Notes under the pieces: model-generated
What the model saw: only the letters and a program-made list of their open reading frames with translations
Told to the model about the DNA's origin: nothing
Database searches by the model: none
Translations under genes and position numbers: made by a program
In this document: positions 57,899 through 64,000 of the stretch, in pieces
How positions within the stretch are numbered: position 1 is the first letter of the stretch
How the letters are laid out: each line of letters starts with the position of its first letter
Assembly (NCBI GenBank): GCA_014728035.1
Contig: WJMJ01000108.1
Coordinates: 1 to 64,000, forward strand
DNA length: 64,000 nucleotides
From: Promethearchaeota archaeon
GTDB taxonomy: Archaea; Asgardarchaeota; Thorarchaeia; Thorarchaeales; Thorarchaeaceae
Direction of reading: 5' to 3'

Positions 57899-59164
57899 TC
57901 AGATGGTATCAAATACAATCGCCCAGAATTCCCGCTCAGACACTCCAGTTCTCAGCTCCTGAAGATCCTCTTTTATTGTATCAAATTGGTCTTTTGATTG
58001 TCCTTTTTTCAAATCTTCATGAGTTATTTTAACACGATCTGTTATCTGTCTGATTTCTTCTTGGGTCGCACTAATTCCTCCCATCTTGAGGAGGTACTCT
58101 ACGAAATGTCGTCCTACAAATTTTCCAAGATGGAACTCTCGTCGGCGTCCTATTCTAGTTGGGCTTATGGGCTCATATGTCATAGAATGAGTCAATTGCC
58201 CATGAGAATGTATTCCGCTAGAATGAGTAAATGCATTGTCACCAGTTATTGCTTTATGAAGGGGTAATGGCACCATGAAGTGCTTTTCTACGAGTTTTGA
58301 TAATCTGTAGATCTTTTCCGTATCGATTCCCGTATCAACCTGATAGAGTTCTTCTATGGACATGACAACTTCTTCGAATGCTGCATTACCAGCTCTCTCT
58401 CCGTATCCGTTGACACATACATGTGTATAGGTCGCTCCCTCTTCAACAGCAGCGAGTGTATTTGCACATGCTAGTCCAAAGTCATTGTGACAATGCACTG
58501 CAATGGGTACCTTGTATTTGCTCTTCTTCCAAAGTTGACTCTTGATTTCTCGCATTATGTGTTTCATAACCAATGGTCTAACAAATCCAACAGTATCTGC
58601 CACGCAGATTTTGTGTGCACCAGCATCTATCGCGGTTTTATACGCTTGGCAGAGAAAATCAATATCACTTCTAGTTGAATCTTCTGCAATGTAATCAATT
58701 GTCACTCCATGCTCTTTCCCATATTCAACGCATCTAGCCAAACGTTCAAGCATATCTTCTCTTGTCATTCGGAGCTGATATTTCAGTCTAAAATCTGAAG
58801 TAGCGATGAAGATGGGAATTTCCTCTACTCCTGCATCTATGCATGCGTCAATATCAGAAATGACTGCACGAGCAGGTGCACCAACTATGGCTTTTTCCAA
58901 CCCCTCTCGTGCAATCGTTGCAACGGCTTTTTGTTCTTCTTCACTGACAGCAGGAAATCCTACTACAACAATGCTTGTTCCAATCTCATCTAGCATTTTA
59001 GCTATTTCGATCTTCTCATCAATCGTAAGAGCAACACCGGGAGTCTGTTCTCCATCACGGAGTGTTTCATCCCAGATATGAATCCTCTTGGGTAGCGAAT
59101 CCGGTCGGGTTTCTCCTACCCGGTTGTAATTCACTGCTAAACCTGCTTTTTCGAGATTTTCCAT
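57899..59164 (-). CDS. DRE-TIM synthase (homocitrate/2-isopropylmalate/citramalate family) without a C-terminal regulatory domain
   Basis: DETLRDGEQTPG, ADTVG, HCHNDFG, GERAGNA, HSSGIH; ends at 421 aa. Confidence 0.88.
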   Translation of the reverse strand: MENLEKAGLAVNYNRVGETRPDSLPKRIHIWDETLRDGEQTPGVALTIDEKIEIAKMLDEIGTSIVVVGFPAVSEEEQKAVATIAREGLEKAIVGAPARAVISDIDACIDAGVEEIPIFIATSDFRLKYQLRMTREDMLERLARCVEYGKEHGVTIDYIAEDSTRSDIDFLCQAYKTAIDAGAHKICVADTVGFVRPLVMKHIMREIKSQLWKKSKYKVPIAVHCHNDFGLACANTLAAVEEGATYTHVCVNGYGERAGNAAFEEVVMSIEELYQVDTGIDTEKIYRLSKLVEKHFMVPLPLHKAITGDNAFTHSSGIHSHGQLTHSMTYEPISPTRIGRRREFHLGKFVGRHFVEYLLKMGGISATQEEIRQITDRVKITHEDLKKGQSKDQFDTIKEDLQELRTGVSEREFWAIVFDTI

Positions 59165-59211
59165 TGTGTCGAACTTCCCAGAGTCTGTCTGATATATCCT
59201 ACCGTTCGCCT

Positions 59212-59760
59212 TTATTCAAATCGGTATATACCTACTTCAGGAAGCTTCTTGATTCCTTCATCCAATGCAGAAATTTGTTTCTCATATTCTGCTTTGTCAA
59301 TTGAACCTGCATCAAGGGCTTTCTTTGCTTTTCCCTTCTTGTAGTCTAATCTTGCATGTTCATTGTGAATCAATCTTAGAGAGGTTTCAATTACTGGTTT
59401 AGCTCCAACTTTTTCACCAATACCTTCAAGCATTGGCTTCCAGCATATTTCCTCGATGTGCCAAGCATATTCGAGTCCTCTCTCCCGGATTCGATTCCAG
59501 AGGGGACAATCTCTGACTTTGATTGTTGATTGTTCAAGCTCTGTATCAAGACCTATTGCAGTAAGGAGGGTGTGAGCAATCTTTGCTGCTGAATTTGCAC
59601 CTTTCCCTTCAGCATCTTCAGCTGCTTCGGATCCCATTTCTTTGAAACCACGCATATATCCATCGTACATGGATAGAGGTCCAGTATTATCTCTGAGTCC
59701 CCACCACATGCCATCAAGCACTGTTACGAAGGCTTTTCGAAGAGTTTCTAATTCACTCAT
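59212..59760 (-). CDS. V4R/Bet3-like small ligand-binding fold protein with a C-terminal SHOCT-like hairpin
   Basis: LDGMWW, IKVRDCPLW...EEICWKPML, LDAGSIDKAEYEK. Likely start MSELE. Confidence 0.55.
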   Translation of the reverse strand: MSELETLRKAFVTVLDGMWWGLRDNTGPLSMYDGYMRGFKEMGSEAAEDAEGKGANSAAKIAHTLLTAIGLDTELEQSTIKVRDCPLWNRIRERGLEYAWHIEEICWKPMLEGIGEKVGAKPVIETSLRLIHNEHARLDYKKGKAKKALDAGSIDKAEYEKQISALDEGIKKLPEVGIYRFE

Positions 59761-59765
59761 TATGA

Positions 59766-60509
59766 TCACTCCTTTACTTTGAATGGTTTTCCCCACTTAT
59801 TCAGAAAAGCTACCTCTTCTGGTGGTTGTCTTGGTGGACCAAGTGTTCTCTCAAACTTTGGGTATCCTACAGTTAAACATAGAATTGGTTTCCAATGTGG
59901 TAGAGGAACATCTAGCTTTCTACTAATCTCTTCTATATCATCAAAGTGGTCTAATTGCACTGATGAAACACAAGTTCCCAACCCCAAGGATGCGGCTGCA
60001 AGTGCCATGTTTTGCATCATCATGGATCCAGCTATCACCGCATGTCGTGGACCAGACCACCCATAAACTCCTCCTGTTCCTCGCAGGGTGGGTTGAGAGT
60101 TACCAACATGGGTTTGGTCAATGCACAGAACTAGTAATACCGGAGCTCCAAATGTTTCTGGTTCGCCTTTGATGTATTCGAACCTTGCTCCAGAAATAAG
60201 AATATCAATAGTTCTTTCGCGTGATGCTTTGGATCGGATATAGTCCAATCTTCGTTCAAGTTCTTCTCGAGGTGTTGCACGACCGAATAATAGGATTGTT
60301 CTATCAACGGCTTTTTGCCCGATGAATTTCTGTAATTCCTTGTCTCGTACAACTACTACACGCCATGGCTGTTGATTTTCAGCACTGGGCGCGTAGCCAC
60401 CTGCTTCAATTATCTTATGGATGAGTTCGTCAGAGACATCCTTTTCGGTGTCATAATCCCGAATTGCACGTCTGTTCTTAATCATCCTGATGACTTCATT
60501 GTCTTTCAA
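59766..60509 (-). CDS. Nitroreductase family protein
   Basis: RRAIRDY, APSAENQQPW, QNMALAAASLGLGTC, VGYP. Confidence 0.9.
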   Translation of the reverse strand: MKDNEVIRMIKNRRAIRDYDTEKDVSDELIHKIIEAGGYAPSAENQQPWRVVVVRDKELQKFIGQKAVDRTILLFGRATPREELERRLDYIRSKASRERTIDILISGARFEYIKGEPETFGAPVLLVLCIDQTHVGNSQPTLRGTGGVYGWSGPRHAVIAGSMMMQNMALAAASLGLGTCVSSVQLDHFDDIEEISRKLDVPLPHWKPILCLTVGYPKFERTLGPPRQPPEEVAFLNKWGKPFKVKE

Positions 60510-60614
60510 AGATGGGTCTCTCCATCGAATGATGAATGACGTTCAAAGAATGCGGATTCTTAAGTTTGGCGGAAGCAGTCAACACTGATACCGCTAAATG
60601 TGATACTACTACTC

Positions 60615-60655
60615 AAAAATAAAGTGAAGAATCGAGCAGGCCAAGCCCGCTCGAT
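60615..60655 (-). terminator. Stem-loop plus U-tract after the second acyl-CoA dehydrogenase
   Basis: Minus strand ATCGAGCGGGC-TTG-GCCTGCTCGAT-TCTTCACTTTATTTTT. Confidence 0.6.
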
Positions 60656-60666
60656 ATCAATTATCT

Positions 60667-61869
60667 CTAGAATACTGGAGAATCTTTTCCGTCATACTTA
60701 ACATGGAAACCAGTATCAAGATTGATACTCTCTTTGAGGATTATTCCACCAGCAACAACTCTTTGTACCTGATTGGTTCCCTCATAGATCTGGAGTAATT
60801 TTGCATCTCGCATCAGTTTCTCTACTGGATATTCACTCAAGTAGCCATAACCACCCATGATTTGAACAGCATCAGTAGCGTTCTTCATGGCGGCATCAGA
60901 GGCAAAGAATTTAGCGTAGGATGAGTCCTTTGAAACGGGAAGGTCTCTATCTGCTAGCCATGCTGCATACCGTGTCAATAATCGTGCAGCTGCAACTCTT
61001 GAACCCATATCTGCAAGTTTGAAACTGATTCCTTGGAATCTACCAATTGGTTGTCCGAACTGATGTCTGATATTCGCAAACCTAGCAGCTTCATCAAGTG
61101 CGCGTTGGGCAACACCAGTTGCAATAGCTGCAATTCCAGCACGAGTTTTATCTAAGGTTTTCATTGCAATCTTAAAACCCTCTCCTTCAGCACCAACAAG
61201 ACAATCTTGTGGTACTCGAACATCTTCAAAGATGATTTCAGACTGAACCGAGTTTAGCTGACCCATTTTATTTTCAATATGACCTACCTTGACACCCTTT
61301 TTCTTGGGAATCATAAATACAGATAGTCCCTTGTGCTTCAGTTCTGGCTGGGTTGATGCAAATACGGTGAATAGCTCCGCTTGCGGGCCATTGGTAATGA
61401 AGCACTTCGTACCATTGATGACATACTCATCGCCATCACGTTCAGCACGAGTTGCTACACCTGCAGCATCAGAACCGGCTTTTCTTTCAGTAAGACAGAA
61501 AGCACCAAATTTCGCATCCTTTCCAGTAATGAGGGGTTGAACATATTTCTTGAGTTGGTCAACAGTCGCACCAATTACAAGTGGGGCAAAAGCTAAATTG
61601 TTACACATTATTGATGTTGCAATTCCTGAGCATCCATATCCTGTTGCTTCCGAAACAAAGGTTTCAGCCAACAGTGACATCCCAGGACCACCAGCTTCCT
61701 TCGGAATGTGTAAATTCATTAGTCCTGCTTCATAGGCCTTTTGAACCACTTCAGCTGGAAACTCGTTCTTCTTCTCAAGCAAATGTGCTTTTGGAGTAAT
61801 GTGCTCTTTTGTAAAAGCCTTAGCTTTTTCATAAAGCTCTTGTTCCTCTTTTGTTAGTGAGAAGTCCAT
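60667..61869 (-). CDS. Acyl-CoA dehydrogenase
   Basis: CLTERKAGSD, NGTKCFITNG, RHQFGQPI, QIMGGYGY, RDAKLLQIYEGTNQV. Confidence 0.95.
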   Translation of the reverse strand: MDFSLTKEEQELYEKAKAFTKEHITPKAHLLEKKNEFPAEVVQKAYEAGLMNLHIPKEAGGPGMSLLAETFVSEATGYGCSGIATSIMCNNLAFAPLVIGATVDQLKKYVQPLITGKDAKFGAFCLTERKAGSDAAGVATRAERDGDEYVINGTKCFITNGPQAELFTVFASTQPELKHKGLSVFMIPKKKGVKVGHIENKMGQLNSVQSEIIFEDVRVPQDCLVGAEGEGFKIAMKTLDKTRAGIAAIATGVAQRALDEAARFANIRHQFGQPIGRFQGISFKLADMGSRVAAARLLTRYAAWLADRDLPVSKDSSYAKFFASDAAMKNATDAVQIMGGYGYLSEYPVEKLMRDAKLLQIYEGTNQVQRVVAGGIILKESINLDTGFHVKYDGKDSPVF

Positions 61870-62035
61870 TGTAATTCCTCTGAGTGTCGAAATGTTTCGT
61901 GCTTTTTATGCCTTTGGCAGAACCTGTTTTCCAGTTGATTGGTGAGAAATGAAGCAAATTTGCTGGCATTATCAAACCTTTATATGCACACTTTTCATTC
62001 ATCGGGTATCCTACTTACGAGGTGTACAATAGAAC

Positions 62036-63208
62036 TTGCCACTAAAGACGACCAATATAGTAAGCGCAGCTCAAACAAAGTTTGGCAAACTGGAAGGGCT
62101 ATCGCTCCGAGAAATATTCTCTGAGGCCGTTGATAAGGCTACCGTGGGTGCTGGCGTTCCGAAGGAAGATATCCAAGCCGCATTCATTGGGACCTTTATT
62201 CCTGAGATGCTTGTTCATCAGGGTCACACAGCTCCTTTGCTGCTTGACTATGCAGGAATGAAGGGTTTGCCAGCAACTAGACACGAGGCAGCTTGTGCTT
62301 CTGGTGCGACGGCTTTACGTGCAGGGATAATGGCCATTGAATCTGGTATATATGATACCGTTCTTGTTGCGGGTGCTGAGAAAATGACATCAGTTTCAAC
62401 CAACAAGGCAACCGAAGCTTTAGCCGCTGCTGCAGATGATGAATTCGAATCAAGTATCGGTTTGACATTCCCAGGTGTTTTCGGTATTGCTGCTGTAGCT
62501 CACATGCAGAAATATGGAACCACTGAAGAAGATATGGCTCGGGTAGCTGTCAAGGCGCACAAAAATGCTTCAACCAATCCGCTAGCTCAATTCCAGAAGG
62601 AGATCTCTCTTGAGAAAGCTATGACTCCGCGATACATCGCTTGGCCTCTCAAGTTGTTTGACTGTTCTCCAATATCTGATGGAGCTGCTGCCTTAGTACT
62701 AACATCTAAGGAGAAAGCAAAACAATATACGGATACTCCTGTTCAAATTATAGGAACAGGGCAAGCTTCTGCATCAATGAATCTGTGTGGAAGAAAGGAA
62801 CTGACTTCCTTTGAAGCATCTGTATCTGCAAGCAAACAGGCATATGAAATGGCAAAATTGAGTGCTGATGATATGGACCTTGCAGTTGTTCATGATTGCT
62901 TCACTATTGCAGAGATTATTGCAAGTGAAGATATTGGTTTCTTCAAACCTGGTGAAGGTGCAAAAGCTGTACGAGATGGTGTGACTGCACTTGATGGTGC
63001 CAAGCCCATTAATCCAATGGGTGGTCTCAAGGCTGTTGGACATCCTGTTGGAGCTACTGGAGTTAAGCAAGCTGTGGTTCTTTACAAAGAGCTAATCGGT
63101 GAAGCTGGAGCAAATCAGGTACCAAATCATGACACAGGAATTATGCATAACTTTGGCGGAACTGGTGCAACCTGTGTTGTAAACATCATGAGGAGGGCTG
63201 ACGCATGA
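62036..63208 (+). CDS. Thiolase (archaeal acetyl-CoA acetyltransferase type)
   Basis: EAACASG, CSPISDGAA, HDCF, GHPVGATG. Confidence 0.92.
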   Translation: MPLKTTNIVSAAQTKFGKLEGLSLREIFSEAVDKATVGAGVPKEDIQAAFIGTFIPEMLVHQGHTAPLLLDYAGMKGLPATRHEAACASGATALRAGIMAIESGIYDTVLVAGAEKMTSVSTNKATEALAAAADDEFESSIGLTFPGVFGIAAVAHMQKYGTTEEDMARVAVKAHKNASTNPLAQFQKEISLEKAMTPRYIAWPLKLFDCSPISDGAAALVLTSKEKAKQYTDTPVQIIGTGQASASMNLCGRKELTSFEASVSASKQAYEMAKLSADDMDLAVVHDCFTIAEIIASEDIGFFKPGEGAKAVRDGVTALDGAKPINPMGGLKAVGHPVGATGVKQAVVLYKELIGEAGANQVPNHDTGIMHNFGGTGATCVVNIMRRADA

Positions 63209-63594
63209 GTGAAAAACCCACTATTGAACAATATAAGGCAAAGATCACTGAGCAAAAGTTTCAAGCATACAAATGCATTGGTTGTGGAGTTGTCATTACT
63301 CCCCCATCTGGCACATGTTATGGTTGTGGAAGTAGTGATATGGAATGGATTGACGTAAGTGGAAAAGGTACTCTTGTGTCCTTTACTGTTATCCATATAG
63401 CACCTGATGATTTCGCAGATGAAGCTCCATATTATGTAGCTATCATCGAATTAGAAGAAGGTAGTAGGGTAACCTGTCGATTAGACGGGTTTGATCCTCT
63501 GAAACCTGAGGAAATATCACTTGGGATTCCAGTAGTTCTAACATATATTACTGAGGAATCCGGTAGAACCTATTTGGCCTTTAAACCTGAATGA
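63205..63594 (+). CDS. DUF35 Zn-ribbon/OB-fold partner of the thiolase
   Basis: CIGC..PP..TCYGC, GKGTLVSFT; ATGA overlap with the thiolase. Confidence 0.88.
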   Translation: MSEKPTIEQYKAKITEQKFQAYKCIGCGVVITPPSGTCYGCGSSDMEWIDVSGKGTLVSFTVIHIAPDDFADEAPYYVAIIELEEGSRVTCRLDGFDPLKPEEISLGIPVVLTYITEESGRTYLAFKPE

Positions 63595-63598
63595 TTTT

Positions 63599-63642
63599 GA
63601 ATAGAGAGGACCTGTTCCTCTTTATTCCTACTTCTTTTTTTC
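63599..63642 (+). terminator. Stem-loop plus U-tract
   Basis: GAATAGAGAGGA-cctgt-TCCTCTTTATTC...TTCTTTTTTT. Confidence 0.6.
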
Positions 63643-63724
63643 TTAACAAGAATGTTGATAACTCTAGAATAAACCGATATAGTAGGTGCAACCAGTATTG
63701 AAGAAGTTTCGAGATATTCTGCAT

Positions 63725-64000
63725 ATGAATGTCGATCCAAATAATATGACATTTGAAGAATGTGCTTCAGGTCTCACAGCAAAATATGATAAAAAATTAC
63801 TCCATGAATATTTGCCCCGTACTAGCGGAGTATTATCTGCTGACAAATTATTAGTTCATACCCTTGGTGGGATGCTACCCGATGACATTGTTGCAGCTTT
63901 GAATAAAACGGAATTTGTGGGCGTGTTTGGAAGGGTTCTGAAGCAAGATAGAGTGAATGGAATTACCTGTCTTCAGTATCTCTATGTCTGGGATTACCAA
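63725..64000 (+). CDS. Hypothetical protein, 3'-truncated by the window edge (absent from the ORF track)
   Basis: Open frame MNVDPNNMTFEECASG...LQYLYVWDYQ running to base 64000. Confidence 0.6.
   Translation, partial: MNVDPNNMTFEECASGLTAKYDKKLLHEYLPRTSGVLSADKLLVHTLGGMLPDDIVAALNKTEFVGVFGRVLKQDRVNGITCLQYLYVWDYQ

Noticed and set aside
57899-57901. TGA stops as selenocysteine or readthrough codons (e.g. at the end of the synthase)
   Set aside because: A TAA follows within three codons, the length fits a short-form synthase, and I noticed no redox motif interrupted by TGA elsewhere.

Overview
Gene-dense, AT-rich (my estimate is about 39% GC) archaeal chromosomal segment. It most likely comes from an Asgard archaeon (Thorarchaeota-like). 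That assignment is an inference from a longin-fused Arf-like GTPase, a giant glycosylated surface protein with an acidic tail, winged-helix-repeat and coiled-coil proteins, archaeal thiolase/DUF35 pairs and archaeal-type LeuC/D/B. Most of the roughly 55 CDS are metabolic or housekeeping: acyl-CoA dehydrogenases, thiolases, Leu/homoaconitate-type enzymes, PanB, Gln-dependent NadE, GH36, MFS, sensor kinases and peptidases. I saw no rRNA, tRNA, CRISPR array or transposase. The best candidates for new biology are: (1) a tightly coupled operon at 4254-7909 joining a longin-Arf GTPase to two proteins ending in ESCRT-I-core-like helical hairpins and two winged-helix proteins; (2) a membrane-anchored protein with 11 UFL1-like winged-helix repeats; (3) a P-type ATPase whose ion-binding PEGLP motif is replaced by PINIP; (4) a site-1-protease (SKI-1/MBTPS1)-like subtilase; (5) two unannotated structured intergenic elements (54761-54929 and 23164-23263); (6) a decayed TPR gene missed by the ORF track. 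All similarities to eukaryotic proteins were judged by eye from remembered sequences and need HMM or structure confirmation.
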